A stretch of 62,229 nucleotides of DNA from Octopus bimaculoides (lineage: Eukaryota). Position numbers and translations under genes: made by a program. The notes beneath the pieces were generated by a model. That model worked only from the letters and a program-made list of their open reading frames with translations. It was not told the origin of the DNA and did no database searches. Shown here in pieces: positions 1-13,763 of this stretch (position 1 is its first letter; each line of letters opens with the position of its first letter). The stretch covers positions 64,298,986 through 64,361,214 of the forward strand of contig NC_068983.1 in NCBI RefSeq assembly GCF_001194135.2. Direction: 5' to 3'.

Positions 1-559
1 TATATATATATATATATTCTCTGTATCAGGATGAATGTATTTCAAGCATCACGACAGTTCGACCAAAACTTAGGGATTCTATAATTACGTTGCCCGAACA
101 TTCGACTGAATCTAATTGTTTTTCTACAGGAGTATTTTACAATATTATTATGAAGGTTATTCCTGTACAAACCAAATATATTCCAGGAATTAGGGAAGAC
201 AGTCATTGCATATGTAAATCCTTTCATCCCTTCCGATATCATTTATTCATCAATTCCCTCTGAGTACTTGAACATATGTCTGCAACCAAAATCCGTTTTG
301 TACGTATTTTCTAATCAAACAGACTGTAAATATGTTTTTCATTTGTGTTAGTCTTGACGAGAACATTCTACTTTCTTTTCACTCACTTTTCTGATGTTTG
401 CAGCACCTACCTGCCTTCATTTTCCTTAACACTACAATTTTATCGATACTATGAAGTAACATCCATATTATATCTTTATGCAAACATTTTAGCAATCACT
501 TTAACAATTAGGAATGACTAAATTGTATCTTAAGCTCATTAGCGCATTAATTCGATGGA

Positions 560-760
560 CCAGTTATTCTATTCCGTCTTTGGAAATTGTATTGGTATTA
601 TTTGAAAGTATCTCGAGTCATTAGGAGAACAGGGCAAATTTCCGGTTTTGCAGATCAATATAGAAGGTTGGGGATAGTAATAGTTAATGAACATGTATAC
701 ATAAAAGAAAAGGACAGTATTACATTGTAATAGTATGATTACCATCAACAACTTTTTGTT
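560..760 (+). mobile_element. Possible highly decayed Penelope-like RT C-terminal remnant
   Basis: Manual translation KYLESLGEQGKFPVLQINIEG...MNMYT*KKRTVLHCNS loosely resembles the PLE 'E.NGKLPFLD..I...VYRK.T..LHF.S' block; many stops. Confidence 0.25.
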
Positions 761-1679
761 TGTTTGTGCTATTTTCCTGAAAAAGTCAACCCATCTGAGT
801 ACATCGGGCTGCTATATGTATGGAACTATCTAGCTGTCATATGACTGATTGGTTTTGTAAATTACCACTACTCTCACTTGATCGCATTTGGAATGTATGA
901 AACCTGTGCCAAAAATACTTTTTTCTATTCAGTATTAAAATGTCTAATGTACATGTACAAGCTTCCCGTACTTCCCGGAAGCTACCAATTCTTGCTTATA
1001 AAGGTTGGCCCATTCTATTCTAAATTTCTGACATCCGTTCGTATTTGAATTATATTGAATTAGTTTACCACTGCCTTCAGATAAACATTATAGTGTATTT
1101 TTGTTGCTTGCAGTTTTCATTATAATAGTGAGTTCGTTTGATAATAGTCGAACGATTCATTTATTTTTTGTGTGTGTTTTTGTCATTATGGTTGACCAGA
1201 AAGATGTCTTTGTAGCTTTCTAAACAAGAACATATTTAATTTAATTAAATCTTTGGAATGAATGGCAAATCCATTAAAATATTTTTGCATGGTACATAAA
1301 TTATTGCACAAAGCAGGTTTTCTAACATGGAAATATGTACGATAATTAAAGTTTCATAAACTCACCTGCCTCCAGTAAAAATGTCAATGCCGTTGTAATA
1401 ATCCACAATAATAATTAAAGAAGAAATAACAATAAAACAAGTAACGAAATGAACAAAGAAAATAATTTAATCTTAATTAAAATACTACGTTGTGGCATAT
1501 GACAGAGAATTAAGAACACATGGAATTTCAATATTTTCTCACGACTTCCATCTCCAGATTTCAAATAAGAAGAATTTTTCATTTTTCTCTTCTGTTTTGA
1601 AGAGACCTACTTTCAGATAATCGTTTGTCAGCTGCAACGTTACGCCAGATTTTTTTTAATTAACAGTTGCAATACTTAC

Positions 1680-1827
1680 CTAAGCTCCAATAATTAACCG
1701 ACTGTCGCATACTTTGGTTTCCGTTGACATTAAATGTTAGATGCAGGAATATAATTCCGACAAACATATGACCAAATTGTAAAGTAATATTGTTAGTAGT
1801 AATTGAAAGAATGCAAAAATTATATTT
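1680..1827 (-). CDS. Candidate exon containing a possible start codon and signal peptide (MFVGIIFLHLTFNVNG...)
   Basis: Acceptor cacattttaattAG (1829-1828), 148 nt open in frame 0 (KYNFCILSITTNNITLQFGHMFVGIIFLHLTFNVNGNQSMRQSVNYWSL), ATG at 1767, consensus donor TTAG|GTAAGTAT at 1680/1679. Confidence 0.4.
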
Positions 1828-4220
1828 CTAATTAAAATGTGACAGCTACGCTAGAATTAGAAAAAAAAAAGGTATGTATATCTAGTAGAAATGCACAGTC
1901 GAAAATGTCATATCTCTTAAAATCAACGAATAACACTACTCGAGAATACACGCAGGCACCAGCACTCAATAACGAATGCATTTTCATATGCACGTAAATT
2001 ATGTATTATGTAAACCAGCATTCCATATAGTAGTCATGAAGAATGCATCTAGTAGAAGTCTTTACCAATCGAGTAACCACTATCCTGCAACTAATATGGC
2101 TAGTACAGGCAGGTAATATTGAAAAAAAAAGTGGGATCTTCTCCTCTTTTCTGCTTAATACTGCTTTCGAATAACCTGTATGTTAAGACATTATTTGTTC
2201 ATATCAGTTTCGGAGTAATTTATATCAATGCTTGCATTCACTTATAGGGTTGATCGTAGTGATCTCTATATATTTTGTATATGTTTATCCATATAACTCA
2301 GCAATACCGCGAATTAAATTGTATTATATTTATGTGAATATAAATATAAGCGAAGTAACAATTGTTTTTATAAACGTCAAAATGTGTATTGTACTGAGAT
2401 GATATTTTTTCGAAAGCAGATTTGCAGTTAGAACAGCAGAAGTACCGGGTGAATTAGACCGGTAAACTTTCCCGCTTTGAAAAAGAAATTCACCCTGTTT
2501 TTATGCTGTTCTGACGGCAATTCTGCGATCAAAAATGTATTATATTTGTTGCCCCCTCAAAAGAAGAAATGGGTAGTTGACTTCTGTGGTTCCGGACGTC
2601 ATGTTACAGAAAGCTGTTAAAAATAGCGTAAGATAATTTATTGGACGCTCTAAGGACGTTGCTAATGCGGCACCAAATTAGAAATTACACAGACAGATAA
2701 AAAAATAAACTTGCAGAAAGGCAGAGCGTCGCAGTGAGGAAAGAGTGAAACACTGAACCAGTGGCAAGAAGTAAAGAAGAGGTAAAGAAGAGGTAAAGAA
2801 ATGGGGCCAAAGATAACTATAGGAGCAGAATAGGAAGAAAGAAATCTTTAGAGATAAAGGTATAATAAAATGATAATGAAAGTTATGTAATCTCGAATAA
2901 AATGAATTTACATTGTCAAGTATGTACCTATGTATGTTTCTTTTTATGAGAGAAAAAAGACAATGTAATGAAATAAATGTGATAGTGAATTGCGATAATG
3001 AAATAAGGGAGTATACAAGGAAATGTGAATATTCTGGCCATTTACACGTAGTTTCCAATGTAGATGAGGACGATGCACATACAAGTGTATAAATATGTTC
3101 GGTTTGTGTTTTTGATTATCATTTCATTTTTAAACTTAGCGAACTGCCACAGACAAAATGTCGGTATGACCTGGAAAAAATGGTTAGAAAGTTAAAGAGA
3201 AGACGAGAAAACAAATGAAATGAATANNNNNNNNNNNNNNNNNNNNNNNNNNNNNNNNNNNNNNNNNNNNNNNNNNNNNNNNNNNNNNNNNNNNNNNNNN
3301 NNNNNNNNNNNNNNNNNNNNNNNNNNNNNNNNNNNNNNNNNNNNNNNNNNNNNNNNNNNNNNNNNNNNNNNNNNNNNNNNNNNNNNNNNNNNNNNNNNNN
3401 NNNNNNNNNNNNNNNNNNNNNNNNNNNNNNNNNNNNNNNNNNNNNNNNNNNNNNNNNNNNNNNNNNNNNNNNNNNNNNNNNNNNNNNNNNNNNNNNNNNN
3501 NNNNNNNNNNNNNNNNNNNNNNNNNNNNNNNNNNNNNNNNNNNNNNNNNNNNNNNNNNNNNNNNNNNNNNNNNNNNNNNNNNNNNNNNNNNNNNNNNNNN
3601 NNNNNNNNNNNNNNNNNNNNNNNNNNNNNNNNNNNNNNNNNNNNNNNNNNNNNNNNNNNNNNNNNNNNNNNNNNNNNNNNNNNNNNNNNNNNNATATATA
3701 CATAACATATACATATAGCCTAACCAACTGCAGTAACAGTGGCAGCAACAGCAGCAGCATTAGTAAAAGGACGGGCAGTAGGATGAGTGTTGCGAAACAT
3801 TTGGCTCCTGAAAATTAATTTACATCGGCTCACCAACGTTTTTGTAAAGAGTAAATCTGGTAAATTGAATTTTATGGTTAGAGAGCTAAAACATTATAAG
3901 GGTAAATATTGTACTGTTTGTACAGCTATCTCCCACTGGATACGTAAATTTAATAATGTGGGTATCACAAGAAATGTTATAGACTGTATACGTCTAAACG
4001 CATACTGTTGATAAAATGTCAACTATTACAGTACAAATATATCAGCGAGGACAGATGTGGACAGTTAATGTCATTTAAATACGTGGAATTTATAATTGAG
4101 GCGTACAGCAAGAATTTCTGCAGGCACTTTATAAATGTCAATCAGCAATGTTGGTATCAGACGTCTATGTAAATGTACATGTAGTGTTTTGATGTGTATG
4201 TATGTAGATGTGTGTGTGTA

Positions 4221-4257
<37 letters not shown>

Positions 4258-4604
4258 CATACATACGTACGTACAGCATGTATGTAAGTATCTATATATG
4301 CATATGTATGTAAGTGTATGCATGTGTATATACTGTATACAGATTCCTGTGTACATACAAACATAAATGCAAACACTCAGACGTACATGCACCGACACAC
4401 ACGCATATCACACACACACGAGCACACACACACCTACACACACAAACACACACATATACATATGTATATACATACATAGCTGTGTGAGTGTATGCGATAC
4501 TTATCTACGTCTGAGAAGATGTGTGCAAATGTACATCCTGTAATCAAATATCCGTAGAGTAGACATGTAATTATATTATATTTAATACCTAATAAATCAA
4601 TCAC

Positions 4605-4674
4605 CAGTTAATATATAATGACTTTGTAACAATTGGATGTGAATGCATTGGCCTATATATCTGTACAGCGGCGT
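4605..4674 (-). other. Candidate spliced exon (UTR or short coding)
   Basis: Strong acceptor gtgaattttctttgcAG, 70 nt open as xAAVQIYRPMHSHPIVTKSLYINx, donor TG|GTGATT; upstream donor ATGA|GTAAGT at 5155 is phase compatible; downstream acceptor ctaaccattttttccAG at 3172-3171. Confidence 0.3.
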
Positions 4675-5421
4675 CTGCAAAGAAAATTCACTTAAATGTC
4701 CTGATTTTCTTCTATTCGGCCGGAAATTTATTATTACAGCCATAGCTTAACTGACTCTGTATAAACGTTTTTCATTCATCTAGTATGAATTAGAAGGACG
4801 TTCCAGCGGTGCGATAACCTTCATGCCATCGTGCAGAATTTACGGTAATATCAAAAGCAACATTATATAGTTATATAACAGACATTTAAGATAATACTTC
4901 ATAATGCAATTTAAATATGAATGAATCTCTTCTGAATGACTAAAAACGTCGCCATAGTTGATCTCACAGCGTACTCACCTGTACATTCTTAATCTCATAT
5001 ATCAACTTAAGCACAAAGACGTACACAAACACACACGCACACAGCAGTGCAGACATTTCAGAAGCACACACCAATGTACATGTAAAAATCTATTTAAATT
5101 ATTACATTTAAACTATCATCAACGTAAATGTTTTATCTATTGTCATAGACTTACTCATGTTACGTCTCCACATTCCGGTCGTCATGAACCTAGTCTGCAC
5201 TCTCATCATCATATCCGCAACGGCAGAAGTAGTCTGTAGTAGGTATTGTACCAGCAGTGGAAGCGCCAACACCACTTATTGCTCTACTATCGTTATAATG
5301 ATCATAGTATGTGTCGCCAAACATTCAGCATATACAACTTCATTGTCATTGACATTATTACACATATCAAACGAAGATGAACGAACATATTTTGCTATTA
5401 GTCCTGTTTTAAGTGTTTTCA

Positions 5422-5443
5422 GTCTCTGACTATAGTCAGAGAC
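5422..5443. repeat. Perfect 22-bp palindrome GTCTCTGACTATAGTCAGAGAC
   Basis: Sequence equals its own reverse complement, checked base by base. Confidence 0.95.
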
Positions 5444-5786
5444 CACTGCCAAATTGTATCGGAATATATATAGTCTACTGCTGGAGTTTCCATCGTATAT
5501 CTACACCAAATTATTGGAACACGTGTAGATATTTAACAGAGAACCTGCATGCCAGTGAGTTAAGCAAGGATAATTAAATGTTGTACGCAAGGATAAATAA
5601 AGTTGTAGGTGTGCTACATAATACCGCTCCCTTCCCTAATTACAGTCTGCTTGCTACCATGAGTAAGCTATTACTCACTCCCTCTTAGGCACTGGTAGAT
5701 TGCCTGCCCATATATTTCTCACTATTTCCTTCTAGTGCTTTCTCATTGTATATATATGTCTCATTTTCTTTCTTTTCTTTCTTTCA

Positions 5787-5850
5787 TTGTTTGTTTGTTT
5801 GTTTGTTTGTTTGTTTGTTTGTTTGTTTGTTTCTTTCTTTCTTTCTTTCA
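5787..5850. repeat. (GTTT)n/(TTTC)n microsatellite
   Basis: Direct inspection. Confidence 0.95.
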
Positions 5851-8009
5851 CTGCCTCTGCAGAAATGAGTTTGATATTTTGAAGCGCGCTGCATTGTGAC
5901 ATTCTTACAAATGACCACGCTACTGGCCTATTCCACACCGTTCCAATATATCAAAGATGAGAATGTCACCTTTTTACAACAATTTTCAGTACCTACAATC
6001 AGTATCCATGGTTAATAACCACCTGTAAACCCAGATCTGCTGCTGCTGCTGCAATATTAGCAGGCAAACTGATTGATATGATGTTACTTGATTAACGTAA
6101 TGTTACTCGACTGATTAATAGGATGTTACTCACAAATGCACTCCAAACCCAGGCCGAATGAGTTCCTTTATCTTCAACATTTTTTACTGCCACTGAAATG
6201 ATCTCTACTTTTTGGAATCTTTATTTTAGGATTTCCAATTCAAACATATCCCTCTCGCATTATCAGCGTTGTTTCCCAGAGATTTGCAACGCAAAAGCGG
6301 TCATTTCCAGTAATTTTTTTCTAATATGGCTCTTTCTGCACTACTTCTCGGGAATCACATCAGCCCATAGTAATAAACTTTCATACATTTTCGATATATT
6401 AGAAGTCTAATATGGAATAAGATGAATAAAATAAGGGGAATTTCTAATCATATTTCGCGTCAAATCCCCCACAAACCCTATAACTTTGAGGTTTCGCGTG
6501 TGTTTGTCAAAATCTAACTGAAGTAATTTTGTGCTTAGTTTACTAGGTTAAATTATAAGCAATTCTATATAATTTCAAATTAAAATCCTTTTTTTTTTTT
6601 TGGAAAACGCATATATTCTTATCTAAATGAATGTGCGCATTTTACTGTTAATTCGTTTCCCAGATATAATAAACTACAATTAGAGGTAAACATATGGAAT
6701 ATTTCTTTCAAGCATAGAACACATTTTGAATTTCCGATAGTTTGCGCCGAATATCTACAAACAATTTCCAATTTAGTATCATATTTACTGTACCTATCTA
6801 TGAAAATGTAGACGAACCCACTGAAGCTTGTACAATTAATCCTTTCCTTATTTTTAAACGAATAAGGGTTGTTACTTAATCCTTGCTTAAAGTGGATAAC
6901 CCTATATAATAATTAGGAATATCTCTGCTGCCATCGTACATTTTTAAACTAGTTTTTTAATGAGGCATTGTTCTCCAAGTCGCTATAGTCATTTGCTCTT
7001 ACAGTAACAATAATTCTTATTAATATTAACCGTATAGTTACTACTGGCAGAAGTATTATGTACTCCATCTATATTGATTAAACTAGATGTGTTATTGGAT
7101 TCTTATTCGGTTAATTTTATTCATATGAGGGTGGGTTTTGTTCAGTTACCTCCCTTGCACTATTTTCCTTAGATTCCCTATTGTTTTCACTACTATTGTT
7201 TGGTTAGAATCTCTAAAATTCGATAGAAAATGACATACTTTGACTGATTTTGAAATAAATAAATTGAGCCGACGATGGATGCTCTACACAAAAACATGAC
7301 ATGCTTGAAATAAGGCATATTATACAACGTAATTTTAGTTAATAATTAGAACAATATAGTCACGGATGTAACATCCTTCATTTGAGGTATGTTCAATCAG
7401 TGCTACCTAGAGTTAAATGAGAAGCAACATTTTCTATTCATAGATCTGACCATGAATCGATTATCGTCCAAGCTGAAAGAATTTTATGAATAGAGAAATT
7501 TAGAAGTAATAAATGAATAAATAAATAAACGAATAGATAAATAAAATAAAAAGAGAATTAAAGAAAAGGCTAATCCTATATCGTGACAACTAAAGTTGTC
7601 CGAGTAATACATGAATCAATAAATCAAACAGAAAAACCAACCAAAATATTAAATATCTTTGTAGAAAATAATCACACATAGAAAATATTTGTTGATAATA
7701 TTTCATAAATAAAATGAAAACGGCCATCGAAATGTTTAATTATTATGGTGTCGATAAGTTCGTCAAACAAATATTATTGGATGTGTATTTGCACGCAAAA
7801 AACATATCAAAAAAGTTTCAACAATGAATGGAACTCTCAAGTCGATCAGTTTATAACGCCTAGTGGTTAGATGATAAATATTATGAGATTCATCTTTGAT
7901 GTATGCAAATACTTTGACGTGGATTTGACTAATGATGATGTAACACTATTTTGAACGAATATAATTTATAACAGTGTATCAGCAGAAACCCCCTTCACAA
8001 ATGCAGTAG

Positions 8010-8010
8010 G

Positions 8011-8049
<39 letters not shown>

Positions 8050-8179
8050 AATTACTCTCTATATAAGCATAGATCATACACAGGCGCACACACATATATC
8101 TATACACATACACACAAACACACACGCAGACGCACACACACACGCACGCACACTCACGCACGCACACACATGTAACTAC

Positions 8180-8214
<35 letters not shown>
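8010..8214. repeat. Compound microsatellite (TCTA)n-(CA)n-(TA)n running into an assembly gap
   Basis: Direct inspection. Confidence 0.95.
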
Positions 8215-9581
8215 NNNNNNNNNNNNNNNNNNNNNNNNNNNNNNNNNNNNNNNNNNNNNNNNNNNNNNNNNNNNNNNNNNNNNNNNNNNNNNNNNNNNNN
8301 NNNNNNNNNNNNNNNNNNNNNNNNNNNNNNNNNNNNNNNNNNNNNNNNNNNNNNNNNNNNNNNNNNNNNNNNNNNNNNNNNNNNNNNNNNNNNNNNNNNN
8401 NNNNNNNNNNNNNNNNNNNNNNNNNNNNNNNNNNNNNNNNNNNNNNNNNNNNNNNNNNNNNNNNNNNNNNNNNNNNNNNNNNNNNNNNNNNNNNNNNNNN
8501 NNNNNNNNNNNNNNNNNNNNNNNNNNNNNNNNNNNNNNNNNNNNNNNNNNNNNNNNNNNNNNNNNNNNNNNNNNNNNNNNNNNNNNNNNNNNNNNNNNNN
8601 NNNNNNNNNNNNNNNNNNNNNNNNNNNNNNNNNNNNNNNNNNNNNNNNNNNNNNNNNNNNNNNNNNNNNNNNNNNNNNNNNNNNNNNNNNNNNNNNNNNN
8701 NNNNNNNNNNNNNNNNNNNNNNNNNNNNNNNNNNNNNNNNNNNNNNNNNNNNNNNNNNNNNNNNNNNNNNNNNNNNNNNNNNNNNNNNNNNNNNNNNNNN
8801 NNNNNNNNNNNNNNNNNNNNNNNNNNNNNNNNNNNNNNNNNNNNNNNNNNNNNNNNNNNNNNNNNNNNNNNNNNNNNNNNNNNNNNNNNNNNNNNNNNNN
8901 NNNNNNNNNNNNNNNNNNNNNNNNNNNNNNNNNNNATATATATATATATATATGTATATACATACATACATACATACATACATACATACATTCATACATA
9001 CATACATAAATATATACGTATATATACGGATATGCATATTTACATATTTTCGTTGGCTGCGTGCATGTGCAATGCAATTACAGAGTAATTTAATTTAAAT
9101 CTATTTTGACGTGTCTGTGATATATCTTGCCAATCATACACTATTGCATGTATCGGGTATTCATTGGAGTATAGTTGCCACTCGTATAGAATCATGCAAA
9201 AATATGTGACTGATTGTATGGATCTATGTGTGCGTGTATAAGTGTGCATGTGTGTGCTTTCGTGTATCTGTTTTTGGTTTGCGTCTTTTTCTTTATAAGT
9301 ATACAAACCTGTTGTTGATGTTCATAGATCACGACATAGTAATTTACATAAGTCTCTTCTTTTATGCAATACCCACTAGTGCTGCAGTTATTTATCTGCA
9401 CAAAATTATATGCTTAATAATCTATGTACAGTCATATACAAGTATTGTCCCGTTTGCGAATAATCTGGTATCGGACTCATACGAAGATAGTAACTTAAAA
9501 ATATTGAGATACGGCCCATTGTTCCGTCCATCGAAATGTCTACAATTCAAATAGTTATGTGTAAATGTGTAAATGAAAATA

Positions 9582-9784
9582 GGCAAGGTAGTGCTGGAAA
9601 GTTCCTGGCTCTGGGTAAAAGAAAACACAAAAGGATTAGTTATGATTTTATTCAGCGTGTTCCCCTCTCACATCTACACACTTACTGCAATGGTCCTTCA
9701 GTTTTTCTAAGCTCTCTAAAAGAACTCGCAAGGCTGGGCCTTCAACAAGACCTTTAAAGCCAGGAACTTTTCAGCACCCATTCC
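9582..9784. mobile_element. Non-autonomous Tc1/mariner-type MITE (~200 bp)
   Basis: TIR cores GTGCTGGAAAGTTCCTGGCT (9591-9610) and AGCCAGGAACTTTTCAGCAC (9758-9777) match 19/20 as inverted repeats; TA dinucleotides flank; no coding capacity. Confidence 0.8.
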
Positions 9785-11036
9785 TATACAAAAATATACT
9801 AAAATGAATTTAACTTGATACTTGTACAGTCGGCCGCTAGTGTTCCCATTTCATTACCTACCTTGTTTGTTCATTTACATTAATTACCGACGAGAAACCC
9901 CTGTCGTCAATTTTTTCTTAATAGTTAATACTTTTTTTATTTGTTGATGTTTCCAACGTCCTCGCCATACCTTTTCGCTGCTCTTCATCAGTACAACATG
10001 ATCTTAATTGCTTTCAACATTTCTTCAGATACCATTTATGTATACTGTTAGTGCGTGCACATATTAAACTTATTGGCAGTTGCCCCTCAATTACTACAGC
10101 TCAGAGTTTTCGAGATCACTCATCCATAAACTTTGCCTTCTCATCTCCTTACCACGGATACTTTTCTCAGTTTATATTGTTTTACTATTTGGTGGTGGAG
10201 ATGGGATTCGTCGTTGCAGTAAAATTGAAATATATATGTGTAAACTATAGTAGTGCTTTACCTTTAAACATAATCATTGGAAAGAGTTCTGTGTTTGGGT
10301 TGTAGGCAAGTGTGTAAACAAAAATGCATTTTTAAATTATTAACCTGTAAAATAAGTTGGATTTTAAGTCCGAAACGTACTCTATCGCCCGTTTTTTACT
10401 GAACCATCTTCGATTTCATTATCAGTTGATGTATGTGAGATGTCTTCTGTAAAGATGATCGATCAGATATAGGTAGCTGATCAATCTCCCACTTAAGTAA
10501 TAACTTAAGAAAACAATACTATAATACGTTGAATATTATGCGCTGGGAGGGGTCACTTGGGTACATAGAACGTGATGGTTGCAGTAAGAATGAATTTCGT
10601 TATAAATATGGTCGATGAGGGATGACCTATGGTAGCACAACGTATCTAAAGATGTTCAGCAGGGCCTAAAGATGAATGAAATATTCATTTTCCATATTTA
10701 GTGTTTGAATTGCGTAACGAAACAATGAAATATTTTGTTTGCGTCGCTTTTGTAGTTGTTATGCCTCAAGCAGAGAGGATACACGCCGAGTAAAAGTATA
10801 ATCATACGTATACAAGATATGTGTATACTGTTCTTTCAAGCTGGCAATGGTATTCATTGTGCATCAAGCAGAACAGGAAATTGTTGGTGAACCGAGAAAA
10901 GATGGGCGAGAAAATGCAGAAATGTGTGTCTACGTTTATGTGCGAGACTGTACGTTTGTGTGTGTTTTTGTATTTGAAGTTGTGTTACTACGTGCGTACA
11001 TCTATCTATATGTAGTTATGTAAGTGTATATATATA

Positions 11037-11038
<2 letters not shown>

Positions 11039-11095
<57 letters not shown>
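11039..11095. repeat. (GT)n microsatellite
   Basis: Direct inspection. Confidence 0.95.
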
Positions 11096-11099
<4 letters not shown>

Positions 11100-11779
11100 T
11101 ATGCATTATATGTATATGTATATATTATATATTACATGTATATATATTGTATTTTACACACACAGATATATACATCCAAGCGTACATACATACGTTGTTG
11201 TGAATCTTTATGTTTATACCGTTAAGTAAAAGCAATATAGGTTCTGAGTAGAAATATATCAATTATACAAACGAATCTAGCTTCAGGTGTTGGGCATAAA
11301 ATTGGTCCCACGAATATGATATTCACTTTGCTTAAGGTTCATGTGAGATCATTTATTGTCAATTACAACTATCGAAATTAAGTTTGAAGAATTTTCGACA
11401 ACGTAAATTCATATTGATAAGGATATTGTAAAAGCATGTCTACTGCTGAAAATTTCGGTGTACGCAAATGAAATAACTTTTTTACGTGTGTATATCTCTG
11501 AATGTCTAAACATTGCTAAATAGTATGATGCTGCAAAATTGTCAGTGATAAAATCTCTTCATAGATTTGATGTATTTAAAATAAAATGTATATTGGAGCT
11601 ATGAGACCATCAGCTCTGTAGTTGAGTACGAGAACAATAGTCGTGTTTTGCCTTTGAATATTGCCAATGCCATGCTGTAGACTGTGTCGTGCATAAAGGA
11701 AACCTGAGCCTCAATGTATAGGATTTAGTAAATAAAACATTCTCTATTGTTGCGAATACGCGCCAAGTTGTTGAAAAAA

Positions 11780-12760
11780 ATCGGCATGCATTAATTGAAA
11801 TCTTTTCCTATGGACATAAAAAAGGCCATTATGCGGAAATAAAACTAAGTTATATTTCCAAAGCAATAAAGTTTATAACGTCTACAATGAGAAAAATACG
11901 AGATAACGGACAGAAAATTATGTCGAATGATCAAGAGCCATTCCGATAACTTTCCGGACCGTATTTTCGCATAGAACTAATGTAATGCTTAAGGTGGAAC
12001 AACTCTTGAGTATATGGAACGAGAATCAGAATCGGCGTAATGTGTCGATAACGAAGATATCAATTCGGAAGAGGAAACTTCTAGTAAAAATCCTATTCGG
12101 CTAGTAAAGGCTGTTTTGAAAGTTGCAAGCAGCCAATGAATTTTCACAATATAAAAATGACTATTGAAATTGCGAGCGCTGATAAGGGATCAGCAACTAA
12201 TTGAGAGGAATGATTGCTGAACGAGACTACACACAAAAGCAAGTTTTCAACGGTAATGAGAATGCACTTTTCTCAAAGTGCATGCCTGCTAGAACTTTAA
12301 TTTCGCCGGAAGGAAAAGTCAAAACTAGGATTTAAAGCTTACAAAAATTGCTTCATACTAGTTTTGGGAGGAAATATCGCTTGTAATATGATATTTAACC
12401 CCCTTCATGTACATCGTAAGATATTTCTGGAAGAAATTTAACATAAAGTATGCTGTGGATAATATTGCTCAGTAATGGCATGGATTCAAAATTTCAACTT
12501 TGGAAAAGTACTTGGAAAAGTACTTGGAAAAGTATATGACCAGACTGTATCCGTAACATTACAAGTTTTCCTCAAGCAGAAAGGATATGTCGCATTTGGA
12601 AAGATATTGACACCTGCAAACGGTGTAGGATTTGACGTAATGATAGCGGATTATGTTCTAGAAAAAAAAAATATCTAACGTGGAGCGGATGTCAACAGAA
12701 GAACAAGCTGAAAATATTGACAAGACAAACGAAGTTTCTCCTACAGCACTTAAATTGACT
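11780..12760 (+). mobile_element. Decayed Tigger/pogo (CENP-B HTH + DDE_1) transposase
   Basis: Frameshifted translation KVEQLLSIWNENQNRRNVSI...ASKGCFE...NFHNIKMTIEIASAD...QKQVFNGNENALFSKCMPARTLIS...GFKAYKNCFILVLGGN follows the Tigger1 consensus (MEKLL..W..DQ..RR; ASRGWF; QVFN.DETGLFWKKMP.RTFI; GFKA.KDRLTLLLGGN). Confidence 0.85.
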
Positions 12761-12938
12761 ACAGAAATTTTATGTTTAATATTAGGCACGTAAGGATGAC
12801 GGTTTGCAGGTTTTGCTGATCGTGATTCTAATCGTAAATAGCATATGGTAATTACAAAATTTTACGATAAGCTTAGTTCCTATACTGAGTTGTACAAATA
12901 GCTGAAGCGTCATAAACACCAATTAACTTGGAATATGA

Positions 12939-12944
<6 letters not shown>

Positions 12945-13032
<88 letters not shown>

Positions 13033-13035
13033 AAC
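12945..13035. repeat. (CA)n microsatellite
   Basis: Direct inspection. Confidence 0.95.
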
Positions 13036-13489
13036 AGATGTGTGTTAGAATATACGTCGGAAAGAGAAAAAAAATAATGGTAAACACGGGGATTTTCCCT
13101 TCAAACTCGTACTTTTATCTCGCATTTTTATTTAACCTTTCGTTGAATTGTGTAACTAGTAATTAATTAGAGTTTCAGCTCTGCACGATTTTACAAATGA
13201 AGTAACAAACCAAATTTTTCATCACGAGTTCACGTAAAAATGTAAATGAATATATGTTACAACAGTTTCTGTGTAGAGAGTACTATGTAACAAGTAACGG
13301 AATGCTGAAATTAGATCGATTCTTTTCCCTGCAAAAGAGAAAAAGAGCTTGAATTTAAATTCGCATAAATGCATACATATACATGCATATGCATACATAA
13401 ATACACACATACATACATGCACACACACACTTACACACAAACACAAACACACACACATACATAATTCAGTCATTTTAAATATATGCACC

Positions 13490-13602
13490 CATCCGGCGAT
13501 ATCACCTTGAATGCATCGGTTCTCGATCATTCAAGTTACGCAACTTCGAAGCTAGTGAGTACTTAGATGGGTGACCGCTTGGGAAAACTAAGTGCTATAA
13601 GC
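13490..13602 (+). pseudogene. 5S rRNA pseudogene (or 5S-derived SINE head)
   Basis: ATATCACCTTGAATGCATCGGTTCTCG..AAGTTACGCAAC..GAGTACTTAGATGGGTGACCGCTTGGGAAAAC..GTGCTATAAGC is collinear with metazoan 5S rRNA over ~113 nt, with a ~5-nt deletion and substitutions in box A and box C. Confidence 0.85.
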
Positions 13603-13620
13603 AACTTACATATTTTATAT

Positions 13621-13763
13621 GCGGAGGAGTGGCTGTGTGGTAAGAAGCTTGCTTCTCAATCACATGGCTCAGGCACCTTGGGCAAGTGTTTTCTGCTCTA
13701 ACCTCGGTCCTACCAAAGCTTTGTGAGTGGATTCGGTTGACGGAAACGGAAAGAAACCCGTCG

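Noticed and set aside
1672-1682. ATACTTACCT, identical to the U1 snRNA 5' end
   Set aside because: No further U1 similarity; better explained as a consensus splice donor on the minus strand.
3119-3760. Long ORFs in the supplied track spanning N-runs (also at 8048, 13669, 24775, 29783, 45336, 47109, 53774)
   Set aside because: They are open only because N codons cannot be stops; the flanks are translated (TA)n/(CA)n.
9950-10000. CTGATGAAGAGCAGCGAAA on the minus strand (hammerhead-like words)
   Set aside because: No stem II, stem III or NUH arrangement could be built.
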